Below are positions 49,646-58,779 of a stretch of DNA of 64,000 bases, piece after piece. The DNA lies in NCBI GenBank assembly GCA_026984795.1, contig JALSRK010000032.1:1-64000 (forward strand), written 5' to 3'. Below the pieces are notes generated by a model, which did no database searches, had not been told where the DNA came from, and saw nothing but the letters and a program-made list of their open reading frames with translations. Position numbers and translations under genes: made by a program. The stretch is from Solibacteraceae bacterium (lineage in GTDB: Bacteria; Acidobacteriota; Terriglobia; Bryobacterales; Bryobacteraceae). The first letter of the stretch is position 1. Each line of letters starts with the position of its first letter.

Positions 49646-51826
49646 ATGACCAGCCAGGAGATCGAGGCCCTCGTCGGCGGCTACCACGGCGATCCGTTCC
49701 GCATTCTCGGCCCGCACGCAGTAAACGGCGGCCGGGAGGACTCCCGGTGGGAGGTGCGGGCCTTCCTGCCCCAGGCTGCTGCGGTGGAAGTCGTCACCTC
49801 TTGGGGCCGCTTCCCCATGAAGCGGCGTCACCCGCAGGGCGTCTTCACCGCCCGCCTCGACCGCCACCCGGGCGCTTACCGGCTGCGCGTCACAGGCCAC
49901 GAAGGAACGGCCGTCGAGCAGGAAGACCCTTACCGCTTCGGGCCGCTGCTCACGGATTTCGAGCTTCACCTTCATGGGGAAGGCACGCTGTACGAGGCCT
50001 ACAAGACCCTCGGGGCGCACCTCGTGGAGGTCGAGGGCGTCCGGGGCGTCCGCTTCGGCGTCTGGGCGCCGAACGCAGCCACGGTGAGCGTGGTCGGCGA
50101 CTTCAATCACTGGGACGCCCGGCGCCACCCGATGCGCCAGCGCAACGGCGGCGTCTGGGAGATCTTCATCCCGGAGATCGGCGAGGGGATGCCGTACAAG
50201 TACCACGTCCGCTCGCGGTTCCGGGGCTACGAGCAGATGAAGGCCGACCCGTACGCCTTCGCCGCTGAGATGCCGCCGAAATCGGCCTCGGTGGTCTGGG
50301 ATATCGACAAACATCAGTGGAATGACGCCGATTGGCTGGCCCGCCGGGCGGAGAGGGACTGGCTGAGGGAGCCGGTTTCGGTCTACGAGGTGCATCTTGG
50401 CTCCTGGATGCGCGGGCCGAACAACCGGTGGCTCAACTACCGGGAACTGGCTGATTCGCTGGTGGCCTACGTCACCAAGATGGGCTACACCCACATCGAG
50501 CTGCTGCCTGTCATGGAGCACCCCTTCAGCGGGAGCTGGGGCTACCAGGTGATCGGCTACTTCGCCCCCACCGCCCGCTTCGGCACCCCGGACGACTTCA
50601 TGTACTTCATCGACCGGTGCCACCAGGCGGGCATCGGGGTGATCGTCGATTGGGTGCCGGGCCACTTCCCCAAGGACGCCCACGGGCTGGCCTGGTTCGA
50701 CGGCACCGCCCTCTACGAGCACGAAGACCCGCGCAAGGGCGAGCACCGCGACTGGGGCACGCTGATCTTCAACTACGGGCGCAACGAGGTCCGCAACTTC
50801 CTGCTCTCGAACGCCCTGTTCTGGCTGAAGCACTATCACATCGACGGGCTGCGGGTGGACGCCGTGGCCTCGATGCTCTACCTGGACTACTCGCGCCAGG
50901 ACGGCGAGTGGGTACCGAACATCCACGGCGGCAACGAGAACCTGGAGGCCATCGACTTTCTGAAGCGCTTCAACGAGCTGGCCCACAAGGTCCCCGGGGC
51001 GGTGACCGTCGCCGAAGAGTCCACCGCCTTTCCCGGCGTCACCCGGCCGGTCTACCTGGGCGGGCTGGGCTTCACCATGAAGTGGAACATGGGGTGGATG
51101 CACGACATGCTGGACTACTTCTCGCGCGACCCCATCTTCCGCAAGTTCCACCACAACAACATCACCTTCAGCCTGCTCTACGCCTTCAGCGAGAACTTCG
51201 TGCTGCCCATCTCCCACGACGAAGTGGTCCACGGCAAGCGCTCGCTCATCAGCAAGATGCCCGGCGACGAGTGGCAGCGCTTCGCCAATGTCCGGGCCTT
51301 CCTCGCCTACATGTACGGGCACCCGGGCAAGAAGCTGCTCTTCCAAGGCCAGGAGATCGGCCAGTACGAGGAGTGGAACTACGAGGTGAGTACGCGGTGG
51401 GACCTGCTCAGCTACGACTACCACCGCAAGCTGCAGGCCTTCGTCAAGGAGCTGAACCGGCTCTACCGCTCCGAGCCGGCGCTCTATCAGGTGGACTTCC
51501 ACCACTCGGGCTTCGAGTGGATCGACTTCCATGACGTCGAGGGCAGCGTCATCAGCTTCCTGCGGCGGGCCGAAGACCCGGCCGAGTGGCTGCTGTTCGT
51601 GTGCAACTTCACGCCCGTGCCGCGGCAGGACTACCGCGTCGGCGTCCCCGAGCCGGGCTTCTATGAAGAGATCCTGAACAGTGATTCGGAGTACTTCGGC
51701 GGTTCGAACGTGGGCAACGGGGGCCTCGTGGTAAGCGAGGAGACGCCCTGGCACGGGCGGGCGTACAGCGTCTGCCTGACCCTGCCCCCGCTGGGCGTCC
51801 TGGTGTTCAAGAAACGGGACGTTTGA
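49646..51826 (+). CDS. glgB: 1,4-alpha-glucan branching enzyme
   Basis: 726 aa. The GH13 blocks are [31 protein letters not shown] and [12 protein letters not shown]. Confidence 0.97.
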   Translation: MTSQEIEALVGGYHGDPFRILGPHAVNGGREDSRWEVRAFLPQAAAVEVVTSWGRFPMKRRHPQGVFTARLDRHPGAYRLRVTGHEGTAVEQEDPYRFGPLLTDFELHLHGEGTLYEAYKTLGAHLVEVEGVRGVRFGVWAPNAATVSVVGDFNHWDARRHPMRQRNGGVWEIFIPEIGEGMPYKYHVRSRFRGYEQMKADPYAFAAEMPPKSASVVWDIDKHQWNDADWLARRAERDWLREPVSVYEVHLGSWMRGPNNRWLNYRELADSLVAYVTKMGYTHIELLPVMEHPFSGSWGYQVIGYFAPTARFGTPDDFMYFIDRCHQAGIGVIVDWVPGHFPKDAHGLAWFDGTALYEHEDPRKGEHRDWGTLIFNYGRNEVRNFLLSNALFWLKHYHIDGLRVDAVASMLYLDYSRQDGEWVPNIHGGNENLEAIDFLKRFNELAHKVPGAVTVAEESTAFPGVTRPVYLGGLGFTMKWNMGWMHDMLDYFSRDPIFRKFHHNNITFSLLYAFSENFVLPISHDEVVHGKRSLISKMPGDEWQRFANVRAFLAYMYGHPGKKLLFQGQEIGQYEEWNYEVSTRWDLLSYDYHRKLQAFVKELNRLYRSEPALYQVDFHHSGFEWIDFHDVEGSVISFLRRAEDPAEWLLFVCNFTPVPRQDYRVGVPEPGFYEEILNSDSEYFGGSNVGNGGLVVSEETPWHGRAYSVCLTLPPLGVLVFKKRDV

Positions 51827-51969
51827 CCGCCGCCGGGCGCCGCCGCGTGGCACAACCGTAGCCGCCGGGCGCCGTGTTTCGGATAATGGTGTCCTGGCGG
51901 GAGCCGACGGGCGCGCGGCTGTCTCCTCGAGTTGCATGGATCGGCTCATGATGAAAGAAGGGAACTGCG

Positions 51970-53256
51970 ATGGGAAGCGCTTCTGATGCCGGGAGCAAGG
52001 CTTCGGCCGCTCCGCGGGTGGTGATCGCCGGCGGCGGGGTGATCGGCGTCTGCTGCGCCTACTACCTGGCCCGGCGGGGCGCCCGGGTCGTCGTGCTGGA
52101 GCGCGGCGAGCTGGCCAGGGGGGCCTCGTACGGCAACGCCGGGTCGATCTCTCCCGGCCATCCGCCCATCAACAAGCCCGGCCGGGTGAAGCAGGCGCTG
52201 AAGTCGCTCTTCGACCCCTTGAGCCCGCTCTACGTGGCGCCGCGCCTTGATCCGGAACTGTTCGCCTGGTTCTGGAAGTTCGCCCGCAGGTGCACCCGGG
52301 AGCATCTGGAGTACTCGATGGGCGTGCTCGCCCCCCTGGGCCACGCCACCCGCAGGCTCTTCGACGAGCTGGTGGCCGAAGAGAAGCTCGACTGCGACTA
52401 CCGCCGCAACGGCTACTTCGAAGTCTACGCGACCGAGGCCGGGCTCGCCGCCGGGCGCCACGAAGCCGAGCTGGTGCGGCGCTACGGGTTTCATCCGGAG
52501 GCGCTCACCGGGGAGGAGCTGCGAGAGCGGGACCCGTCGTTCAGCCGGAGGATCTTGGGGGCGATCTACTACCCGGAGGCCGCTTCGGTGAATCCCTACC
52601 GCTTTGTCCTGGAGATGGCCGAGCGGGCCAGGCGGCTGGGGGTCGAGTTTCGGAGCGGAGTGGAAGTAGCGGCGGTGGCGGTCGAGGGCGGCCGGGCGCG
52701 GGGGTTGGCGCTGGCGGACAGCGGCGCGGTCGAAGCCGACGCCGTCGTACTGGCCACCGGGGCCTACACGGTCCCGCTGGTGCGGAAACTGGGCCTGCGG
52801 CTGCCGCTCCAGCCGGCCAAGGGCTATCACCGCGACCGCCGCCCCACGCCCGGCAAGACGCCGGACCTGCGCTACCCGTGCATCCTGGGAGAGAAATCGG
52901 TCTTCTGCACGCCGATGGACGGGTTCGTCCGCTTCGCCGGGACACTCGAGTTTTCCGGCGTCAACGACCGGATCCTGCGCCCGCGGCTCGAGCAGCTCAC
53001 CAACGCCGCGAAGCAGTACTTCGAGGCGATGGGCGAGGACGAATCGCTTTCGGAATGGTGCGGACTGCGCCCCTGCCTGCCGGACGGGCTGCCCGCCATA
53101 GGGCCGGTGCGGCGCTTTCCCGGCCTGTACGTCGCCACCGGCCACGCCATGCTCGGCCTGACGCTCAGCCCGGTCACCGGCAAGCTCATCGCCGAGTGCA
53201 TCCTCGACGGGGCGCCCAGCCTGGAGATCAGCGGTCTGGACCCGGAGAGGTTCTGA
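51970..53256 (+). CDS. FAD-dependent oxidoreductase (DadA/DAO family)
   Basis: The sequence has VVIAGGGVIGVCCAYYLARRGARVVVLE and a C-terminal GHAMLGLTLSPVTG block. Confidence 0.85.
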   Translation: MGSASDAGSKASAAPRVVIAGGGVIGVCCAYYLARRGARVVVLERGELARGASYGNAGSISPGHPPINKPGRVKQALKSLFDPLSPLYVAPRLDPELFAWFWKFARRCTREHLEYSMGVLAPLGHATRRLFDELVAEEKLDCDYRRNGYFEVYATEAGLAAGRHEAELVRRYGFHPEALTGEELRERDPSFSRRILGAIYYPEAASVNPYRFVLEMAERARRLGVEFRSGVEVAAVAVEGGRARGLALADSGAVEADAVVLATGAYTVPLVRKLGLRLPLQPAKGYHRDRRPTPGKTPDLRYPCILGEKSVFCTPMDGFVRFAGTLEFSGVNDRILRPRLEQLTNAAKQYFEAMGEDESLSEWCGLRPCLPDGLPAIGPVRRFPGLYVATGHAMLGLTLSPVTGKLIAECILDGAPSLEISGLDPERF

Positions 53257-53337
53257 GGTGAGCGGCGGAGCTGTTGTCGCCGAGTTTCCAGTCAATTGGC
53301 GGGGGAAATATCTCGGCGCGAGAAAATTGCGGCAGTC

Positions 53338-53547
53338 TCACACCGCGATCACCTCGTCCCTGGTCACGTGGAGCCGTATCACAGAAGGCAGCTCCGAGGC
53401 GTCGAAGTGGCACCGGACCGCGTCCAACACCATCCGTTTGAGCTGCTCGAAATCGTCGGCTTCGGTGAAGATCGGGTGTCCCAACGCGCGGGCCGCGTAC
53501 CCGCCTTCGGGGGATTCCGCGACGAGGAAAATGATCTCGCTCGCCAT
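53338..53547 (-). CDS. HicB-like antitoxin-fold protein (N-terminal domain only), orphan
   Basis: 69 aa. The sequence MASEIIFLVAESPEGGYAARALGHPIFTEADDFEQLKRMVLDAVRCHF is the HicB_lk_antitox/UPF0150 pattern. No HicA-like ORF lies on either side. Confidence 0.65.
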   Translation of the reverse strand: MASEIIFLVAESPEGGYAARALGHPIFTEADDFEQLKRMVLDAVRCHFDASELPSVIRLHVTRDEVIAV

Positions 53548-53739
53548 ACTTCGATCTTAGCGGATCGCTGCAGGGGCGGGAAGCGGCCCGCAAAACGAAC
53601 ACGGTCCTAGTCCGGGAGCCGGCTGAACGGAAAGTGCTGCGCGGCGCCGGAAGCGCAGGCCTCCGCCCTGGCCCCATCGGAACGGCAGTTCTGGCGTGCT
53701 GAATCAAGCGGAAAAACGAGAGCCTGTGAACTTTTCCTC

Positions 53740-53771
53740 TTGACAAGCGGTTTTTTTTTTTTTTGTATTCT
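53740..53771 (+). promoter_or_regulatory. candidate sigma70-like promoter whose spacer contains the T(14) tract
   Basis: TTGACA at 53740-53745 and TATTCT at 53766-53771 are separated by 20 nt, of which 14 nt are the T tract. The site is 113 nt upstream of the ATG at 53885. The hexamer assignment is by eye only. Confidence 0.25.
53751..53764. repeat. homopolymeric T(14) tract
   Basis: Direct reading of the sequence shows gcgg-tttttttttttttt-gtattc. This is the longest homopolymer I saw in the window, and it sits in a ~2/3 G+C background. Confidence 0.95.
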
Positions 53772-53884
53772 TCGACCGTAAGAGCAGACGCCGCCGTCCG
53801 CTGCCGGGTAGCCAGGTCGGCCGCTCCTGGCCACGCGCGGTGAAATCTTTTCCGCAATTTCCGTTCACATTAGGGAGATAAGCC

Positions 53885-55342
53885 ATGTTGCGGCTTGTGA
53901 AGAGGAGAATCATCTTAGTGGCCGGTCTCTTGACGGTGTCTTCGAGCGCGGCACAAGCCGCGATCGACCCTCCCAGCCGCCTGCACGCGAACCTGGGCGG
54001 AGTCTCCATCGACCAGTACAACGCGAACAACACCGGGCAGCTTCCCAACTGCCCCAGCGGATCCTACCCGAAAATCAGGGACTGCTACGTGTCGCTGCTG
54101 CAGAAGTTCAAGACCCAGGAAGCTGCCGGCGTCCGCTTCCGGTTCTCGGTCTGGCGGGCGATGGAAAAAACCCAGACCGGGAACGACTACCAAGTCAAGA
54201 GCAGTTGGCTGACCAATCTGCGAGATTTCCTGCAAGACATAAAGAACGCAGGCTACACGTATGTGACCCCTTCACCGATTTTCTTCGGGACATCAGGGGA
54301 TGGGGAGCAGAATATCCAGGTGGATGTCACCGTGGGCGGGTGCACCGACTCCGTCCCGACCAAAGTCGAGCTGACGTTCTGGCCCACCGCCCCGTCCGGT
54401 TGGGAGCCCGGAAAAGGCCCCTTCGCAGCTGGTAAGGACCAGTCGTATAACTGCTCGCCCCCCAATCCGATCTTCGTGGGTTGGGACAACATCTACGAAG
54501 TGATCGACGCGCTGTTGGCCGAGATCGCAGCGAAAGGCTTGGTGGTCTACGAGTTCGACCTGCTGAACGAGATCAACCTGCACTGGTTCACCGTCGAGGC
54601 CAGGTTCATCTATGACAACATGATAGCCCACTCGGGAGATCGCGACGTTCTCACGAAGGTCCGCACCCTCATGAGCAACCATGGGTTTTCCCCCGATCGG
54701 GTAACATACTCTCCCAAAACTAGTCGCACATCATCGCCTGGAGCCGACTGCCTTTCGATCTACGGAGACTCGGCTCGCGTGATCGGCTTGTCCGAGGTCA
54801 CGGCGGGCATCAACGGAGGCTTGGTGGGGCATGGGGCCAGCTGGAAGGATAATGATTCAAACGCGATGTACCTGCCGTGCCGGACAGGCACCAACACCGG
54901 CGAGATGCCAGCAATCAACGTGTATCACACGCAGCCCTCCGTGATCGACATCCATGATTACTCGTGCCTCTTGATGGACAAGTGGACGTGTGATCCCAAC
55001 AAAACGAGCGCCGACACACAAGTGGAGGCGGAAACACTCTTTACGAAGATCAGGCAATACAAGAACGCCTACTGCCCTGGCGGTTGGCACGGCTACAACG
55101 CGAACATCTGCAACGCCCAGGTGGTCGTCGGCGAGACGCACAGTAACACGGTCAACGGAAACCAGACCTGCGAAGGCGCTCCGGTGAATTCGGCTGAGGG
55201 AGAGGTCCTCGGCTACAACGACAGTACCCTTGCGGGGACAACCACCATCGTGATGCAACCCTGGTATCACGCTTTCGATAGCTGCTACCCATTCGACAAC
55301 CCGGTGATCAACCCGCCGTACGACCCCAGCCAGCAGGACTGA
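53885..55342 (+). CDS. secreted Cys-rich protein, possibly a divergent clan GH-A (GH5-like) glycoside hydrolase
   Basis: The AGGGAGA SD is followed by the signal peptide MLRLVKRRIILVAGLLTVSSSAAQA. The mature part has 12 Cys. The YEFDLLNEINLHW (Asn-Glu) and QVVVGETHSN (Gly-Glu) blocks resemble the acid/base and nucleophile strands of clan GH-A. GC content is lower than the window average by eye. Confidence 0.55.
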   Translation: MLRLVKRRIILVAGLLTVSSSAAQAAIDPPSRLHANLGGVSIDQYNANNTGQLPNCPSGSYPKIRDCYVSLLQKFKTQEAAGVRFRFSVWRAMEKTQTGNDYQVKSSWLTNLRDFLQDIKNAGYTYVTPSPIFFGTSGDGEQNIQVDVTVGGCTDSVPTKVELTFWPTAPSGWEPGKGPFAAGKDQSYNCSPPNPIFVGWDNIYEVIDALLAEIAAKGLVVYEFDLLNEINLHWFTVEARFIYDNMIAHSGDRDVLTKVRTLMSNHGFSPDRVTYSPKTSRTSSPGADCLSIYGDSARVIGLSEVTAGINGGLVGHGASWKDNDSNAMYLPCRTGTNTGEMPAINVYHTQPSVIDIHDYSCLLMDKWTCDPNKTSADTQVEAETLFTKIRQYKNAYCPGGWHGYNANICNAQVVVGETHSNTVNGNQTCEGAPVNSAEGEVLGYNDSTLAGTTTIVMQPWYHAFDSCYPFDNPVINPPYDPSQQD

Positions 55343-55378
55343 GCGCAGGCGGGAACAGTGAGAAAGGGAGGTGGAATC

Positions 55379-56155
55379 ATGATAAATTCAAAAGTTTCCG
55401 CATTGATCGCCGTGTGGTGCGGAGCGCTGTTATTCGCCCCCGCGGGCAGCGTGATGGCACAGCAGCCCGTTCCGCACGGCGGGTTTTCGGGAATCGTCGT
55501 GGACGAAGGCGGAAACCCGGTGCCGGGCGCCCGCGTTGTTTATATGAGGATGCCGAAGATGGTTCAGGAAGTGGTGGGCCGGGAGATTCGGGTACGTCCG
55601 GCCGCCGGCGAGCCGGCGTTCAGCGCCACGGCATCCGTGGATGAGGCCGGGCGGTTCGACGTAGACGGACTCATTCCTGGGACCTACTCGGTCTGCGTCA
55701 CCGGCCCGATAGGTTTCCTGGATACCTGCCTGTGGTCGGCGCGGGTTGGCCTTTCTCTCGCTGAAGGCGAGCGGCGCGGGGACCTGCTTTTCACTCTGAG
55801 ACGCGGCGCGGTGGTGCAGATCTCGGTGGAAGATCCGGAAGACCTAGTCCGGCTGGGAACGGATCTCGCCGACTTCCGGAATCTGATCGTCGGCGTCACG
55901 ACCCCGTCGGGCGCCTTTTACCGTCCGGAAGCAGTCAAAAAGAATGGCTCGACGTGGAAGTTTGCGCTCACCGTTCCCTTCGAGAAGCCGTTCCGCCTGT
56001 GGGTGTTCAGCCGGCACCTGTCGCTGCGCAAAGACGACGGCACACCGTTGAACATGAAGGGCCCCAACGAGGAGTTCACGGTGCAGCGAGGCCAGAGCGC
56101 GTTCGAGTTTCGTCTGGCCGTGGCGGGGCTGTTGCAGGGGGACGCGGCTCGATGA
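55379..56155 (+). CDS. secreted carboxypeptidase-regulatory-like domain protein
   Basis: The GGGAGGTGG SD precedes the ATG at 55379. A signal peptide is present, then GFSGIVVDEGGNPVPGARVVY, a CarboxypepD_reg pattern. Confidence 0.7.
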   Translation: MINSKVSALIAVWCGALLFAPAGSVMAQQPVPHGGFSGIVVDEGGNPVPGARVVYMRMPKMVQEVVGREIRVRPAAGEPAFSATASVDEAGRFDVDGLIPGTYSVCVTGPIGFLDTCLWSARVGLSLAEGERRGDLLFTLRRGAVVQISVEDPEDLVRLGTDLADFRNLIVGVTTPSGAFYRPEAVKKNGSTWKFALTVPFEKPFRLWVFSRHLSLRKDDGTPLNMKGPNEEFTVQRGQSAFEFRLAVAGLLQGDAAR

Positions 56156-57891
56156 CGAGGCGTTGGTTGCCGGCGGCTCTGTGTGTACTGCCGCTCCTGG
56201 CGCAGGGGCCGCCGGTCATCTATCCGGGTGGGGTGGTGAATGCCGCCCATTACGGGCGGCCCATCGCCAAGGGATCGATCGCTTCGATCTTCGGGGAGAA
56301 CCTGGCCCCGCGGACGGCGGCGGCCGAGGGGTTCCCCTTGCCCACGGAGCTGGCCGGCGTCAAGGTGAGGGTGGGGGGGCCGAAGCAGTTGCCGTCGGAC
56401 CAAAGCGAGATCGTTGTGGAAGCCCCGCTGTTTTTCGTCTCCCCGGGACAGATCAACTTCATGGTGCCATCGGGACTCTACCCGGAGCCGTTTTCGCCGG
56501 AATTTCTAGAGGTGCGGAATGAATCCGGAGTCTCCGAACGGGTGTCGTTGCCCCCCGATATCACATCGTGGGCCCTAGGGATTTTCACGTTGGACGCTTC
56601 CGGCTGCGGCCCGCCGGCGGTGCTCAACGTCGCGCCGGACGGCAGCGTCTCCGTGAATTCTCCCGAAAACAGCGCGGAGCCCGGCGGAGCCCTCACGATA
56701 TTTCTCACCGGAATGGGGGTCACCCCTGTCCAGCCTCCAGACGGCGAGCCGATCCCCACCGACAGGTATTATTTGATGGGCGGCTTCGGGGCGGTTGTGG
56801 GCCGGGAGGGCTACATCAACTTGCCCTACTTGAGGCCGCGAGAGGGTGCGCCCCTGTGGTTGTTCAGCGGCAAAGCTCCCGGCACGGTGGGTCTGGACCA
56901 GTACAATCTGAAGCTTCCGACAGTCATGGAAGAGGGCTGCTACGTCCCGTTGCGGTTGACGGCCCCCGGAGGAAGACTCTTCGGCAGCCAGACGGTTTAC
57001 GTGAGCGTCCGGGCCGGCGGCGGGCGGTGCCGGGACGAGTTCTCTTCCTTCGGACTCGTGAAGTGGAATGTGACATTCTCGCGCGGAGGAGGTGCGGTTC
57101 TGGAAGTGGTCGCAGAATTTCCCCACGGAGTCGGAAACCTCCAGCCCCGCTTCGAGAATCCCGAATGGTTCAGTCAGTTCGTGGGCGGTGGATGGGGTGA
57201 TTACCACGATATCGCTATCGATCTCGCTATCGAGCAGGGACAACCGCCAGTCTCTTGCCCCGATCCCAGGGCGAGGCAGCTCCTGGATGCCGGGACGTTG
57301 ACCGTCACCGGACCGGGATTGGGCACCGCCGACCTCGAACGGGAGGAGACTCCCAACGGCCCGCGCTACCGCGGGCAGTGGACCGTCGAGGAGTTCCAGC
57401 CGGGGCGTTACACGCTACAGGCCACTGGTGGCGGCGGCGTGAGTCCGTTCGAAAGCACAATCGAGCTGCCGGCGCCGGTGACCCCGGAGTTCGACTTCCC
57501 GCCGGGGACCGAGATCGACACGTCGAAGCCGATGACCTTCCGCTGGAGTGGCGGGGACGAGCGCAGCCGCATCCTCATCGATCTGGACAGTTACCGGCCG
57601 GAGAACGACTTCCTTTCGGACCGCTGGGTGCTGATTGCCGAAGACGCCCGGCGCGGCGAACTCACATACGCCTCCTTCGCACCGGTGCTGCCTCGGCGCT
57701 GGCTGCTGTTTATCTCTGACGGCAACCAGTTGCGCTTCACCCTGCGCCAGCGCACCAAGGACGAATCCACGGTGGAGAAATTCTCGGCGGACGGGCTGTC
57801 GCTCGGCGGGTGGCAGATGTTCGAGTACCGCTGGGTCTGGGACGGGCTCATCCCCGCGCCGTCGGACACGACGCCGCCCGACACCGGGTAA
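56152..57891 (+). CDS. secreted protein with Solibacter-type N-terminal Ig-like domain (IPT/TIG-like), function unknown
   Basis: The ATG at 56152 overlaps the upstream stop (ATGA). The N-terminus is MTRRWLPAALCVLPLLAQGPPVIYPGGVVNAAHYGRPIAKGSIASIFGENLA...LPTELAGVKV. This motif is common in acidobacterial secreted proteins. The longer track ORF from 55954 is rejected. Confidence 0.7.
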   Translation: MTRRWLPAALCVLPLLAQGPPVIYPGGVVNAAHYGRPIAKGSIASIFGENLAPRTAAAEGFPLPTELAGVKVRVGGPKQLPSDQSEIVVEAPLFFVSPGQINFMVPSGLYPEPFSPEFLEVRNESGVSERVSLPPDITSWALGIFTLDASGCGPPAVLNVAPDGSVSVNSPENSAEPGGALTIFLTGMGVTPVQPPDGEPIPTDRYYLMGGFGAVVGREGYINLPYLRPREGAPLWLFSGKAPGTVGLDQYNLKLPTVMEEGCYVPLRLTAPGGRLFGSQTVYVSVRAGGGRCRDEFSSFGLVKWNVTFSRGGGAVLEVVAEFPHGVGNLQPRFENPEWFSQFVGGGWGDYHDIAIDLAIEQGQPPVSCPDPRARQLLDAGTLTVTGPGLGTADLEREETPNGPRYRGQWTVEEFQPGRYTLQATGGGGVSPFESTIELPAPVTPEFDFPPGTEIDTSKPMTFRWSGGDERSRILIDLDSYRPENDFLSDRWVLIAEDARRGELTYASFAPVLPRRWLLFISDGNQLRFTLRQRTKDESTVEKFSADGLSLGGWQMFEYRWVWDGLIPAPSDTTPPDTG

Positions 57892-57941
57892 GCGGCGGAG
57901 AAGCGCGAGGCGTGGTGGGCGGGGATGGGTTGAGAAACCAA

Positions 57942-57968
57942 AGCCCCGCCGGCGGCGGACCGGCGGGG
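57942..57968 (-). terminator. GC-rich hairpin between convergent genes (candidate intrinsic terminator)
   Basis: GCCCCGCCGG (57942-57951), loop CGGCGGA, CCGGCGGGGC (57959-57968). On the minus strand it is followed by CTTTGGTTTCTC. It is 27 nt downstream of the PEGA gene stop and 51 nt downstream of the 57891 stop. Confidence 0.5.
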
Positions 57969-57994
57969 CGTCGCGAGCGTAAGAAAGGGCGGCG

Positions 57995-58573
57995 CTATTT
58001 CTCGCGGACGGGCGCCCGGCCCTTGTGGATGATCAGCGTCTCGTCGGCGTTGATGGTGATCTTCTCTTCCTTGAGCGTGTTGCCGTTGACATCAACGATC
58101 TTCAGGTCATAGGTACCCGGTTTGAGCAGCAGGCCGCGGCCTGGCGTGCCGAGCTCCTTGGTGTTGCCGTAATACTTGCCGTTGAGATACACGGCGGCGT
58201 TCGGCCAGCCTTCGGTCTTGAGTTCGCCGAAAGGCCCCTCCACTTTGCGAGCCAGCGGCTTCATGCTCTTGCGGATCGTCGTTGTCTTGCCCGCCTCGAT
58301 CTGGATCTCGACGCGCAGCGTCTCGTAGCGGGGATCGACGAACTCGACCGTGTAACGGCCCGGCTTCAGCTTCAGCGGGTTGCTCTTGTGGCCGAACATG
58401 GCAGCCGTGCCGTAATACTTGCCGTTGATGAACACACCCGCGTCCCACGGGTCGATCTTGCACCGGAAGTAGCCCACGTCTTCTGCCTGGGCTGCCAGCG
58501 GTGACATCAAGAGAGCGAGGACGACCACGAGTCCAGCGATCAGGGAGACACGAGTCGTTCGGTAGTTTGTCAT
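57995..58573 (-). CDS. PEGA-domain protein (two repeats), secreted
   Basis: The ATG at 58573 is preceded by GGAGGA. A signal peptide is present. Two repeats match the PEGA pattern: AGVFINGKYYGTA...LKPGRYTVEF and AAVYLNGKYYGNT...LKPGTYDLKI. Confidence 0.75.
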   Translation of the reverse strand: MTNYRTTRVSLIAGLVVVLALLMSPLAAQAEDVGYFRCKIDPWDAGVFINGKYYGTAAMFGHKSNPLKLKPGRYTVEFVDPRYETLRVEIQIEAGKTTTIRKSMKPLARKVEGPFGELKTEGWPNAAVYLNGKYYGNTKELGTPGRGLLLKPGTYDLKIVDVNGNTLKEEKITINADETLIIHKGRAPVREK

Positions 58574-58779
58574 GGCGATATCCTCCATCCTCCAACCGGA
58601 GTTGCAGGCTGATCTGTCGGGCGTAGTTCAGTGAAAACCGGCATTGCCACCTATCTTGATGTAATCATCCGCTTCGAGGTTCCAAAGCGGGGCGGAATCG
58701 GGGTTTCGGCGACCCGAGGGAGGGCCGCCGGGCTCCGGGGGCGCTCCCGGCCTGATAGCGGGCCGCGGGGCGAACGGCT

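Noticed and set aside
51829-51874. 14-nt direct repeat GCCGCCGGGCGCCG (51829-51842 and 51861-51874) downstream of glgB.
   Set aside because: This is a low-complexity GC-rich sequence with only two copies and no associated structure, so it is probably chance.
49574-51949. 791-aa ORF antisense to glgB.
   Set aside because: This is the same high-GC artefact. The plus-strand frame carries all the GH13 branching-enzyme blocks.
53751-53764. T(14) tract considered as the U-tail of an intrinsic terminator.
   Set aside because: No inverted repeat precedes it. The nearby CAAGCGG copies at 53705 and 53744 are direct, not inverted. No plus-strand gene ends just upstream.
53607-53834. 75-aa minus-strand ORF upstream of the HicB-like gene, considered as the missing HicA toxin.
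   Set aside because: Its sequence (MARSGRPGYPAADGGVCSYGRRIQKKKKPLVKRK...) has no HicA/YcfA features. The poly-Lys run is simply the T(14) tract read on the other strand.
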